A stretch of 63,240 nt of DNA, the filler included, from Octopus bimaculoides (Eukaryota), in the NCBI RefSeq assembly GCF_001194135.2. It is 3 parts of 3 records of this genome, joined end to end, with 100 filler letters (N's around TTAATTAATTAA, not from the genome) between each part and the next. Parts side by side here need not be neighbours in the genome. Positions count along the whole stretch, not along the records: positions 30,212 to 51,053 come from NC_068982.1; 2 more parts are not named here. The stretch is one strand, 5' to 3'. The position numbers and the translations under genes were made by a program. Of the stretch, positions 35,091-48,393 are shown one piece after another; position 1 is the stretch's first letter; the number at the start of each line of letters is the position of its first letter. The notes beneath the pieces are model-generated. The model saw only the letters and a program-made list of their open reading frames with translations. It made no database searches and was not told the DNA's origin.

Positions 35091-36236
35091 GACGTCTCGA
35101 TCTCAATATAGTCATCTTCGTCTCTGATGGTAACTTCTTTCTTTTCCTATTCGATGTATGTTTAATGTCTTCTACACAGTTTCTGTTGACCAAATTTCAC
35201 TTACGATGCATTAATCAATTCGATGCTATAGTAAAGCTCTCAATTCTAAATGCCACACAGAGACATCGACACCAAAACGAAATAGTCGAAGAGCGAACTT
35301 AACTACATAGTCATGTCTGCTGCTTCGTGTGTGCGTGTGCGTTTTTGTATGTGTATACATACACCATACTCTCACAAACATATATAGAGGCTTCAGCACA
35401 ATTTCTGCCCACCAAATTTCCTCGCAAGGAATCGGTCGGTCCTAGGTTATGGTAGAAGGCTAAATACCTGCAATGGTTGCGAAGCAAACTTCATTACCAC
35501 TTAATCAGGTCTGCGTTTACATAAGACCCGATCACATCCCCTTTCTGTTTGCGAGATTAAATGACTCACAATGACCATGCTAAAAGGGGTTTATTGCCTT
35601 TTAGCTTCAGGTCAAATCTGAGTGAAAAAAAAAAAGCCATCATCAAAGGCACTCATAGTATGAGCCGGCTTGTTTCATTCATTCAAGATCATTATTCATT
35701 ATCTTTTTTTTTTAATCGAAACAGTGGATCTTTAACTACTTCATTCGGTGTAGCCTGCTTAGCTGAAGGCATCAAGGAATATAAGTGGGTAGGTTTAACT
35801 GCTACAAATAACAACTTAAACACTCAATTTGAATCTCCTTTTTTGATGTGTGAAATTATTTGTTTAGTCTCAGCTCAGTTTCACAAACATATTTAGGGCC
35901 AAATCTAACGGACATTACTTTATCATTAATTCAGACATTGTATATTATGTATCACGTCATGCTATCTAGACTTCTATTTTTATGTGAAAGATTTGATTGT
36001 TATTTCTAGCATATTGTTCATTAAATTGGTGGAAATATAAAAATGCAATTTTAACTGCCGATTTAATTTCGTTTGACTGAATTATGAGCGCAAATGTGGG
36101 TCTGCTTGTGCAGTTTCTTCCCGTATCACGAATTCGGCAATATAAAGACCAAGTATGTATCGCAGTTAATTTACTCTAGGATATCCTTCTTGTACATACG
36201 TATAGTTTCATATCATTATCATATTTTATTCTAGAG

Positions 36237-36502
36237 AAATGGTTCTCCATTGGGGTCCAGATGAGCTTTGGGATTCCACATGACCCTCGGGGATCCACAT
36301 GAAATTTTGTTATTAAATTTTACGTGCAATAGATTGCTTATACTTCTACAATACAGAAAATATACAATTCCTAATGATATTTAATTATAGATATGTGATA
36401 CTTTTAAACATCAAATGGCTATGAGGGTTCACACGAGTAAAATGAAAATCAAAGGAGGCGGGGCGGGGGTCCACTTGGTAAAAAAATGGTCGGGAACCAC
36501 TA
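36237..36502. mobile_element. hAT (Charlie-like) MITE
   Basis: Termini aatggttctcc ... gggaaccacta resemble cagtggttctc/gagaaccactg, with internal ggggtccac subterminal motifs. Confidence 0.6.
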
Positions 36503-36528
36503 CAGCACATGCTGAGTTCTGATCCTAC

Positions 36529-36722
36529 CGAAGTTGTCTTTGCTCTTTCATTGCGCCAATGAATATAAACTTCTCCAAGTAATTATTCGGGATGAATACA
36601 ATCACATCTCTTCTGTGAAGGTCGAAAAGAAACAAAAAGAAATACAGTCCAAATAAACAAACAGACGCGGTTACTTTTAATGCAATGTATTCATTTAAAT
36701 CCATCATCCTCCGCCAAAGCAT
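36529..36722 (-). CDS. Candidate first coding exon of a membrane-anchored (type II-like) protein
   Basis: Reads MLWRRMMDLNEYIALKVTASVCLFGLYFFLFLFDLHRRDVIVFIPNNYLEKFIFIGAMKEQRQLR. A basic N-terminus precedes a ~20-aa hydrophobic stretch. The ORF's stop falls inside a donor, CG|gtagga (phase 2). The sequence is non-repetitive. Confidence 0.5.
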
Positions 36723-37750
36723 TTCCACGATGTACCTCAATGACCCAATCACAAATCGATGAGTTAAACCTCTTCTCTTTTATATCGATCTCTGGTTTTT
36801 AGTTCTTTGCACCAGTTGCTGTTACATTTAGTATTATCCAGACACAAACGTTGCCCGGTGCCTGTACTAGAGATTATGAACCTGCACCGGCCCGGACCAT
36901 CTATCTTGTCCAATGTAAATGGATACCTTAAGTAGTTAAAGTTCAGAGCTGTAAGCTGTGACACTACGATATAATTAACGAGGTTCCTTAGTTTTCCACT
37001 AACAGCACTCTCTCTCTCTCTCTCTCTCTCTCTGACGATCAGTATTGGCACACACACGCACGCACGCACACAAGTCAAACGCATGCGTAAACAAACCACT
37101 ACAGACAATCTCCATAGACATCCAATACATGCACACACTTAAACGTAAACAAAACCCACATACACACAAACATATAGGCACACACAGAAGCGCACACACG
37201 CACGGGACACTTGCAGTCTTCTTGTTTCACGTTTTCTTCTTTTTCTTCGTCTTCTTCTTCTTTAATTACTTCTTTTTTTCTGCATTTCTTTCGAAGCATT
37301 CCTCCTTGTTTTTCTTTAACTTTCTTTAAATTCATTTTTATTTTTCTTATTTCTTCTTTTTTTCTTCTTCCCATCTACACGTTACTTTTTTTTTCAACTT
37401 GGTGCCACTGTAATAGTTCAAAGCTGTTTATAATTTTAGTTTTCCGTTCTTTGTTCCGGCTGTGGCAGACTTTGCTGTTCTTTCGGCTTCTGTAAATTTA
37501 GCCGGAGTGGTTTACGAGCGATGGTGACATGTGACCGAACCTGAGGTTCGGTTGCGTAATATTTACACCTTGTCTCTTGCTTTCGAAGAAAGGTATGAAC
37601 TTCACATCCCTCTCCTCCTCTCTCACCCACCCTCCTTCTCTCTCCCCTTCCCCTCTCTCTTACCCCTCTTTCCGCTTTTGCTTTCAGAGGTAAAAAATCA
37701 CGATTTTCATGCAATATATTTATTTTCTTCCCCGAAAGTGTAAATGTAAA
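36723..37750 (-). promoter_or_regulatory. Putative 5'UTR/promoter region of the minus-strand gene candidate
   Basis: Unique CpG-containing sequence with purine-rich and microsatellite tracts directly upstream of the ATG. The TSS cannot be determined. Confidence 0.3.
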
Positions 37751-38689
37751 ACAAGTTATATCGTTCAATGTCACTTTAAAATATTAGCTCCAAAATCATT
37801 TTACAAGCTTCAGGTTGCAACGAACGAATGTCCTCCGGTCCATAACGGAACATTAATTGTATTTATAAGAAAATAAAAGTTCAACTGCTTTTCCGTGTTT
37901 ATTCTGTACCTATATATAGGATTTGTCGTTGGGGATAATTACGACAGAGCGACTTCTTTTCACTCTTTATTTACGACGGAATGCCCCCGGAAGATCTTTT
38001 CTCTTTTATTTTTAGGTAAACCAACTGAAGTACTTACTTGGAGGATCAGTGTCATGTCGAGAAACAACGAAATGCTTGTAAATTTGAATTCCCATTAATG
38101 TTTGCTGAATGAGAAATTCTGTAAATGTTTGACTAAATTTTAGATGGTCTAACACTTCGGATTTAATCATAGGCAAAATCGTGTTCGATATCAGAAAAAG
38201 TGACCTATCACCATTTTTGTTTGTCTCCCTGGAAACTGTTTAAAAAATATCTATTCCGGATTTGCATTATTAAAATATTTACGCACAGTTAAGCGACTAT
38301 TATTCCTCCAAACTTAAATATTCACAAGATCAGTGCTTACGATTCCAATAGCTTTGAGTAGGCGATAACGTAATACTAAGCGACGGCGATCGTATCAGAA
38401 TATATAGATTAAACGTTAGGATATTGTAAGTAACATCGTCTGAATACTTAACACTATTGAAAGATAAAGAAGGCTATTTCAGGTATAGTCACAACAAGAT
38501 ACAAGGTAAAATGACCAACCATTCAACTGACCAGGATAGTTTCTTTTAACGTTCCTAAAAAGAGGTGTAAAATCGTTATTGGCTGTAATTAAATTCCACA
38601 GATGACTTTGCCCGTCACTCTAATCGTTTTATTAGAAGTTGGTATTGATGATGGTGACGATGAGGCCAAAAGTTGTGAGGGGAAGCGGG

Positions 38690-38910
38690 GCATTTGATTC
38701 TATCGGTATTAGCACTTATCTGGTACTTATTTTGTCGACCCCGAAAAGATGATAGGCTAAGTTGACCTCGGCGAAATTTGAACTCGGAAAGTAAATCCGT
38801 TCTCGCTGCCTTAAACAAAATCTTAACTCTTTCTATTACAATCAAAAGTCCTGGAATTTCGGTTTTGCCTGGTCGATTACATCGCCCCCTGTACTTCACT
38901 GGTATTTATT
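38690..38910 (-). mobile_element. SINE family B fragment
   Basis: ggtacttattttgtcgaccccgaaaagatgataggctaagttgacctcggcgaaatttgaactc. Confidence 0.7.
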
Positions 38911-39374
38911 TCATTGAAAGGACGAAAGGGTGAAATGCAAAGTCGAATTCGGCAGAATTTTGTACCCTAATAATAAACGTTTATTTACCAAAAGGCGAAG
39001 CTGATAACAAGGTTGATCGATATGCAGTCAATCATAATTTTCCTTCTTGTAATGGGTTGAAGGAAATTAATCGATTGTAATAAAAATAGATGGCTTTCAT
39101 TTATTAAGTAAAAAAAAACAAAAAAACAAACAGTGAAATAGAAAGATATTTATTGATGGAATTGAAACCGGATAGCTTAGACGTTTCTCTTGAGAACTTG
39201 AACTGACACTGTTAATAGGAAAATGTCAGTGAGCTTCTGATGTGCTTTATTTGTATGATTGCTGATACAGCAGATCCTACGGTAATCGTTGTTGCTTAGC
39301 GTTCAAGTTTTATGCGACTAACATGATAAACTCATAGGGACATAAACAAACTCATTTAATCACTCTCTCACACA

Positions 39375-39459
<85 letters not shown>

Positions 39460-40135
39460 NNNNNNNNNNNNNNNNNNNNNNNNNNNNNNNNNNNNNNNNN
39501 NNNNNNNNNNNNNNNNNNNNNNNNNNNNNNNNNNNNNNNNNNNNNNNNNNNNNNNNNNNNNNNNNNNNNNNNNNNNNNNNNNNNNNNNNNNNNNNNNNNN
39601 NNNNNNNNNNNNNNNNNNNNNNNNNNNNNNNNNNNNNNNNNNNNNNNNNNNNNNNNNNNNNNNNNNNNNNNNNNNNNNNNNNNNNNNNNNNNNNNNNNNN
39701 NNNNNNNNNNNNNNNNNNNNNNNNNNNNNNNNNNNNNNNNNNNNNNNNNNNNNNNNNNNNNNNNNNNNNNNNNNNNNNNNNNNNNNNNNNNNNNNNNNNN
39801 NNNNNNNNNNNNNNNNNNNNNNNNNNNNNNNNNNNNNNNNNNNNNNNNNNNNNNNNNNNNNNNNNNNNNNNNTCTTTTACAAACTTCATCGCAAAAAGAA
39901 AAAAAAAAGTAAAAATTACCTATTTTCCTTCCTTTTCCGATATCAACCTTCAGTTCGTTCTTGTGCTTCCTTTTAAGAAATTTTCTAAAAATTGAATTCT
40001 TCAATCTCAGCTGAAGCAAGCTATGACTGAATTCCATCTATCAGTTTAGGAATTATGTTGTTGCTTTATGTTACTGTGTTCTAGAATTAAGTGCCAACTC
40101 AACTGTTTTCGTTCTTACTCTGAGTCCCTGGCATC

Positions 40136-40166
<31 letters not shown>

Positions 40167-41549
40167 TATCACGCTCAGTGCCTGGCAATGCGGGTGGAGA
40201 TCTGGATAGATTTCTTTATTATTTTCTCTCTTCTGCTCCTATCAATTCTTTTCTAGATTTCTTTAGCGATTTAATTAGTTCAACACATAATTTCTTTTGA
40301 ACATCGCGGCATTTACTCTGAAACATTTGTCAGTGGACGTACATCTCCAGTTTGCTTATTACAGCAACAACTGAAATAAAGCTGTTAGATGCTAATATGC
40401 GTACAGATTCCGTCTGTACACACACATTTCTCACTGCTCACCCCACCGTCGTCACTTTCGTAAGTACTAGAGTTTCTCTCTTGACTACCACTGCGTGTGT
40501 TTGTTTGTGTGTGTGCGCGCATGTGTGTATAGTAGTGAGCATTTAAGTGCGTGTGTGTGTGTGAAGGTGAGTGTGTGTACCGTCCACTGACTCACGCTCG
40601 CTCCCTCACAATGTATCGGGGCCGTGTCTTTTACGATATACACATAAACACACATCAGTATGAAGACAGACAACAACACAATGGCAGAATGCCTGTCATG
40701 AGCATCAGGGATGTTCATCACACATCACGATTAGTTGTTTGTTGCGGTCATTGGTGAGATGGTTTCATTGAAGCTTTTAGATTTGTGAGAAGTACACGAA
40801 AGGGATAATCTTCTGTGCAACAAAGACGCGTTTAACATCAGCCGACATTTTGTAAGAACAGACTGCTTTTATTTTTTAATTTTAAATCTACATTTCACAT
40901 TCAGTCATCGATAATAACGTCTATGTTACAAGGTTGCACCTTCATACAAAGCATTATTGTTAGGTGGATGTGCCGTGTAAGCTCTCATTAATGTTCAATC
41001 TCATATAAAATTTTACAAAGTAGGCAATAAATTAGATTCTGGCATTATACTAACTATAAAACTATTTATTACCTTGATAGTACTCATAGTTTTGTGTGCA
41101 CACATCTAGCAGTGATATATATTTCAATTTAGAAAAAAATTAAGTAAACAATTCATTCTCCAAGTCTGGAACTACAAAATAATGAAGTCATGTTCCTTGT
41201 TATATATATATATATATNNNNNNNNNNNNNNNNNNNNNNNNNNNNNNNNNNNNNNNNNNNNNNNNNNNNNNNNNNNNNNNNNNNNNNNNNNNNNNNNNNN
41301 NNNNNNNNNNNNNNNNNNNNNNNNNNNNNNNNNNNNNNNNNNNNNNNNNNNNNNNNNNNNNNNNNNNNNNNNNNNNNNNNNNNNNNNNNNNNNNNNNAAA
41401 AAAATTAAGGTACTCAGAAATCTGGATGTTTGTACATTGACAGATTTTTATTAATGTCACATATTAAATAAAGCGCTTTTCACCTAGTCGTGTAGGATTT
41501 TTTTCTATATAATTTCTGTACATCACCTCCAAACCTTCAAATATATATA

Positions 41550-41900
41550 TATAGTATGATCTATTGGCATTAAAAAGTACGTTTAGACATCGAGTATAAC
41601 CAGCCGAAATTGCAAAGATAATCTGGAACTCGACTGAGGAAAGAAAACTCCGAATGACCCGTCCTTGTTTTTACTTTTCCAATTTTTGTATCATCTGTCT
41701 GGATGTTTTGCGTTCATGTCCCATTTTTTGTATTCCTTTATATATATTTATCTGTATGTATGTACACTTTATTCATTCTTGAGTTTAAAATGACCACACC
41801 TTATATACATTTCTAAAGATTTTTTTTTCTATTTTGATTTCTAGAGCATGCTATCTGAAGAAAGGGCGATAACATTATGTATCACCTCAAACATGATTGC
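41550..41900 (+). repeat. Interspersed repeat with a degenerate hammerhead-like motif near its end; partial second copy at ~42184-42225
   Basis: agtatgatct(a/t)ttggcat(t/a)aaaaagtacgtttagacat occurs twice. CTGAAGA at 41855 is followed by a stem-loop. Confidence 0.45.
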
Positions 41901-42105
41901 CTGACTATTGATCTGATGGCACCATTCCTATAAATAAAGAGTTGTGTGTCACTGTGTATATAACATGCACACACACATATATGTATGTGTATGCACACAC
42001 ACATACGCATATATATATATATGCATAAAAGTATCGCTTGGTGTACTTGAGTCGTTATCCTATACTCGAGAACGAGTAAGCAGCTGTTGTGTGTGTGTGT
42101 GTGTG

Positions 42106-42136
<31 letters not shown>

Positions 42137-42461
42137 ATTTAAAGAGAGGGAGAGAGAGAATGAGAGGCAGGGAGGGAGATAAATAGTATGATCTTTTGGC
42201 ATAAAAAAGTACGTTTAGACATTTATACGTTCAAAATGAAGAGAATTATTGCATACACCATGAAACATTGGTATGGTTCAATTAGTGTATGATTCGTCAA
42301 TCGTGCTACTGAGGCACAATGAATGCGTTTAAGACCTTTCTTATGCTTGCTCCAAGATAAACTGGATGTGTGTGTGTGTGTGNNNNNNNNNNNNNNNNNN
42401 NNNNNNNNNNNNNNNNNNNNNNNNNNNNNNNNNNNNNNNNNATGTATGTATATATATATAC

Positions 42462-42497
<36 letters not shown>

Positions 42498-43572
42498 CGA
42501 GAGAGAGAGAGAGCAAATGAAAAACAGAAGATGGAATATACGAGATTTTATTGTTAATCATGGCAATTGTTTTGGCAAATCTAGCATAGATTCCTCTTGG
42601 GTAGCACACTCAACAACTGGTTCAGGAGTATCCGGTGGTGCAGATGTATCTCTTCAGGTGATAAATAAATACAACTCGTTAAAATGACTGTCCCGTAATG
42701 TAACTTTCCGTTTTGTACAGAGGAAAGTAGCCGGACGGAGGAAATATCTTTCTATAGAAGATCAATAATAAAATTAGATGGGGAATCGAACCCGCAATCC
42801 AGCGAGAAAATTATAAAAAAGAGGATGCAGATACGTCAAACGATGCTTGTGTATGATTCTTTTTCATAACCAATCTCACTCCCCGAACAACGATGACAGA
42901 TACCCCGAAAAAAGAACTGATCAACGATCTTTGGCAGGTTTTACACCAAAGATTTTCTCCTCCTAGAACAATTGTTGTCAACCATTTGTTGATTTGGACC
43001 CCTTTGCTTGATATTTTACTCCAATGGACCCCACCCCCACAGCCATTCGATGTTGAAGAACTAGTTTCCTATTTTGCTGTTCATACATTACCCTGTGAAG
43101 GTTGAACTGTAGAAAATGATAGACGTAGAAAGTTTGTAGATTTTTGTGATAAAGGGTAAGTGACCCCTTAGAATACTACTGTGGGTACTCAGTTTATTGT
43201 CTCGCTTGCGTAGAGTCCCCAAAATCTTATATTGACCCCGATTGAGAACCACTGTGCTTAAGCGAAGTCCTAACACAGATTAGGGGTCACTCACGCCCAG
43301 TAATATGTCACACCACGCCTACTCTCACATGTTCGTAGTTCACTGTTGACTAAACCTGTCGTGCCTCCCCATTGTAAAAAACGTGTCAATCCTCGGCGCA
43401 GTCGCTGTGTTTTCTGCATCAAAGTCAGCAGTTTATCGATAGTTGCTGCAAGAACTACCGCTGTCCATGAGAAACAGCAGGACCAAGTCTGTGTTCACAG
43501 TATTAGACAACCGTCGATTTTAACGAGTTCATCCGTGACTTTGACAGGTTGTATGTTTCTTTCTGTCCTGCA

Positions 43573-43695
43573 GGGACCACGCTCCTTAATAAGCAAGCTT
43601 AGTGGAGTTACCATTTTAGTCGGCGACCACCCGACCCTGCAGCAGGTTGTACTGGATTCGATACTGCCACTTGCTTTCACAAACGAATTATATGA
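43573..43695 (+). CDS. Candidate exon of unknown product (GPRSLISKLSGVTILVGDHPTLQQVVLDSILPLAFTNELYD)
   Basis: Strong acceptor gtttctttctgtcctgcag|G with only one open frame. Possible donors are CAG|gttgta, GAT|gtacgt or C|gtatgt. Confidence 0.25.
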
Positions 43696-43726
43696 TGTAC
43701 GTATGTGTGCATGTATGCATACACGC

Positions 43727-43763
<37 letters not shown>

Positions 43764-44823
43764 GTGTGTGTGTATATAGACACACATACACATGCAATCA
43801 TTATGTAGATTTTTATACTGCTCTTATATATTGTATTAAATAAATAAACCTCTGTACGTAGACTTTGTCGCATGTGTTAAAAGTTTACTTCCCCATGCTG
43901 ATGTCTCAGATCGACCCAAATAGTGGAAGTAAAACTGATTCGGCGTTAAATAGGAGACCAGTCGGTTGGGTTTTACCAACCGATCAGTCTTGTCTCGTTG
44001 ATTCAGCCCGTTGGGTAGCACTAAGTGTTTACCTATCTGTGGAAAAACATGAGTTATCCTCTGCCAGGCACCGACCTGATTTGGTGCGACATTGCACGAC
44101 TTATAGGTTGATAGTAGTTTTTTCACTTTAGCTAACTAAATACCTAAGTGAAAGAAAAATTCATATAACCGTAGTGCAATGTATGTATGATTATACTTTG
44201 CGCAGGTTGTCAAAAATTACGCTGGTGTTTATATGTAGTGGGCGCACAGTAGAATTCCTTGGAGAATAAAAAATCTAAAATCAACCCCTTCACTGAGTTG
44301 TGAGAATCTTTTGATTGGAAAAGTTTAATAAAAGCACTTTCAAGTAAAATCTGCACCTCAAAAGGTTTATGCTAATCTTACCCCTGCTTGTCACAGGAAA
44401 TTCAATCGTAAATACTTTTATTGTTACTTCTAAACAAAAGTATGTTCAATCCAGTTCAATGTCATGGAAACATCTCATCAGATTTCCCAATCCATTTCCA
44501 CTGAACAATTGTTTACCTTTTACCCGTTTCAGTTCTCCAACTAATGCCATTCCAACTAATGCCCTTGAAGAGTTTCTTGTCGAAGAAATCGACCCCAGCC
44601 CTTGTTTTAAATAATTCTTGTACTTATTAATAAAAAAAGACTAGAAGAAAGCTCACAGTATAAGACCTGTGGTTGAGAGTGTTTCCGGCCACCTCGCCTT
44701 AGCTTGTCACAGGATATTTAACTGTCGATATATGGGCCTGATATATGTGTCCTGAAAGCGTATGTCACAATAATGAGACAGCTATCACATGATAAGATGA
44801 AGTTATAATCATTATAGCTGGAT

Positions 44824-44863
<40 letters not shown>

Positions 44864-45036
44864 ATGTATATATATATATGTGTGTATGTATATATATATA
44901 TGTGTGTTTGTGTATATATATATATGTGTGTATATATATATATATATGTGTGTGTATATATATATATATACATACATTTATACACAAGCATACATATAGT
45001 ATATATATATAGATTTCTCTCTCTCTCTCTCTCTCA

Positions 45037-45095
<59 letters not shown>

Positions 45096-45203
45096 ATATA
45101 CACACACATACAGATACATGTACGTACATACATTCACAAACATACACGCGTACAAAGTGACTGACACATTAGTAGACTCACTTCCCTACGGTGACACAGT
45201 CAT

Positions 45204-45235
<32 letters not shown>

Positions 45236-47149
45236 ATCTACTTTATTATATTTGACAAATCTGCTGACACCTGACATTTTCACTTCAAGTCGCAACAGAA
45301 CTAAAATATTTCTGACTTATTCTTCTTAATTGTTACGCCACCTGGCGAGAGTATTCATCAGTAGAGAACTCTGGTGCAATAGCTGAGTGGTTAAGATTCT
45401 CATTCTATAATCAGGAATACACGTTTTCGATCCTAAAGCGCCATGTTTTGAGTACTTTTCTTTTGCAAAAACCAAGTCCTCTTGAGGAGGCATTTAACTT
45501 AGAGTATCAGCGTTTGTTACTCTATCATACTGTTTGAACTTCTGGAATCCGTGTAGGACACAATTTTGTGTGGACTGCTCATCTACCTAACTTAATATTT
45601 TAGCGAAGCTGTACTGTAGTTAATTAATCAAGTGGAATGATGATTGTGCTAACCCACCATTTATTTTTCTTCTTTCATAAATGATAGCGATCAGGAACAT
45701 TTGCGAATTGGTAAAGAGCAAAATTAACTTCTGCCTCTTCTATTCTTCTCAAATGTCCAAACTACTCAAACACTTTGTTTCGTGATGTACTTTCGCTAAG
45801 AATCAGACTTTTTCTTCAATGGCTTTCTCGTATTACACTTCAAAGAATTCAGCTTGTCACTCTTCATCCAAGGACCAAATAGTCATATCTTATATATGAC
45901 ACAGATTTATTGACGGTGCTGCCAGATTTCGTGCCATTGAAATGTGAAATGTTCTTTTTTGGGTCACAATATTCTTTCTTCATTCTCGTCCAGACAACTT
46001 TTCACCTCAGTTTTCACTTTTAACTAAATCCAGATATTTGAAAACTGCAAAATTTTCCCTATTAACTCTTGTTTCATTTCACTGTGAGATTGTCAGACTT
46101 TGGAGTTCTACAATGCAGCTAAAATCTTGATATCATTGCTAAATTGCATAAACTATAAGGAGAGTAGAAGAAACCTGGAGCTTGATCATTCTTGGTCATC
46201 CATTGAAAGCGGTCAGTAGTTTCTCCTACCTCAAAATTGGTTGCTTTCTTTGCCAATTTGAAAATAATCAGCGTCAGAAATGGGAATAAGAAGAACTGCC
46301 CCTTAACAATATAAAGTCGATAATCCTGTGAAACTGGAGGTATCAAAATAAGGCTTTTGTTGGAGTCAATCCACCGCTGTTAGTTTAGTAAAGTTTGAAC
46401 GTGTTGGTCATTACCTGGGAACCATTACCACTCCATCGGTAAGGAGGCATCGAAATACTTGGTCCAGACTGTTTATCGGAAAATAAAAGATATTCGTTGT
46501 CTAACTGTACCCTATGTGAATGACCATTACCAAACATTGTTAATGTCAGGACATGTATCTTTTCATTTTCGTAGTTACTTCTCATTTGTCGAGCCAGTAA
46601 ATTCGCATGGATATGCATGCATACATACATACAAACTTCTATAAAATGTAAACACAATAAACTTGATATGATGATTTGATATAGAGGAGAGAAACTGTGC
46701 ACAGTTGTGGAAATTAGCTGCCCAGAAGATGCTAACATAAAGCTGAAGATCAGTCAAAAAGAGGACACCTACGCTGGACTATTGAGAAATCTGCAGTTAT
46801 TCTATCCACTATTACGAGTTCAGGTTTATACCTGTAATTATTGGGGCCCTGGGATATGTAACACACTGCCTAAATACCAATCTTGAGAAATTAGGTTCGT
46901 CAACACCAGAAAGGGGAAAGCTAATTCGAAGACTACAGATCCAATCCATCACTAGAACTGTTAAAATCGGTAAAACTTTCCAGAAGTTTACTATTTAAGT
47001 ATATATAAGCATGCCTAGAAATTCAATTATATGCATAAGAAGACATGCATGAAACAATACATACAAATCTGCATAAACATAGCTTGATAGATAGATGCAA
47101 ACACAAATATATAAACACATATATGTATGTATATATATATATATTTATA

Positions 47150-47310
47150 TAGGCGCAATCGTGGATGTGTAGTAAGAAGCTTGCTTCTCAACCACTTGAT
47201 TCTGGATTCAGTCTCACTGCGTGGCACCTTGTCCAAGTATCTTCTACTACAGCCTCGGGCCGGCCAACACCTCGAGTAGATTTGGTAGGCGGAAACTGAA
47301 AGAAGCCCGT

Positions 47311-47352
<42 letters not shown>

Positions 47353-47552
47353 CGTATATATCTATTTTGTTTGTGATGTGTGTTTGAGGTGGTGTGTTTG
47401 TTCACGTAAACTAGCGGTTCGGAAAAATGCCGATAAAATTAGTACCAGGCTTAAAAAATGTCCTGGGGGGCGATTTGTTCGCCTAAAACCCTTGAAGGCG
47501 ATACTCCAGCATGGCTGCAGTCAAACGACTGAAACAAGTAGAAGAAGAAAAG
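47150..47552 (+). mobile_element. SINE family A, full length
   Basis: Head, CORE-like ccttgtccaagtatcttc, (TA)n, and tail gcgatactccagcatggctgcagtcaaacgactgaaac. Confidence 0.85.
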
Positions 47553-48094
47553 AATACATACATTTATATACATAGAAAGGAAGAGTGACTGGCAGAGAGA
47601 CAGAGAAACAATGTGACGTACATACATAAGTTGTTAGAAGCATAGATAGCTAGATTGATAGATAACTCTGCGAGTGTTAATGGTCAGTCAGCAACATTGA
47701 AAAATAAAATGGAATAGCCTACTGTACTGTAAGACTAAAGTGAGTGAAAGTTAGCTTTATAATAATATATTAGAAATAAATATGAGTCTCATGTAGGCAA
47801 AGCAACACCAGTTTATTTTGTCACGGCTTTTCACTGTTTCTTATGAAAGTCGGTACTTATTTTGTTCTTCCACATTTTAAGTATTGCCTTCGACAGTGCG
47901 GTCACTTGGCCCAAATTATTAAAGGAAATAGGGGAGACGTCTGTTTCCCCTGATGTGTCTTATGTCAATTATAAATACAGAATTTGTTACATTCTGATTT
48001 CCATTCTCGAAATCTATTGAAAGTGTCCTCAAATACTCAATTGTTTTTTCCATACCTAACCTTCTTACGTACTTTTCTAGGCAGCGTATACACA

Positions 48095-48300
48095 CCCTCA
48101 CCCACCCACTCACATATACTTTTGATCGGGGGGGTGGGGAGTTCGATACCGCTGCATTCAAAAGACGGCAACAGTATCGAACTCCCTCCTTCACCAAAAG
48201 CCAATAGCATGATATTGGCCATTGAAAAGGTGATTACATTGGCGGTGCTCCAGCATGACCACAGCCTTAGGGCTGAAACGTGTAAAAGTGTAAAAGAATA
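48095..48300 (+). mobile_element. Chimeric or degenerate SINE fragment (family B middle plus family A-type tail)
   Basis: A B-like segment is followed by ggcggtgctccagcatgaccacagcc..ggctgaaacg. Confidence 0.5.
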
Positions 48301-48356
48301 TATATATATATGTATATATATACACATACATACATACATGCATATGTACATAAATA

Positions 48357-48393
<37 letters not shown>

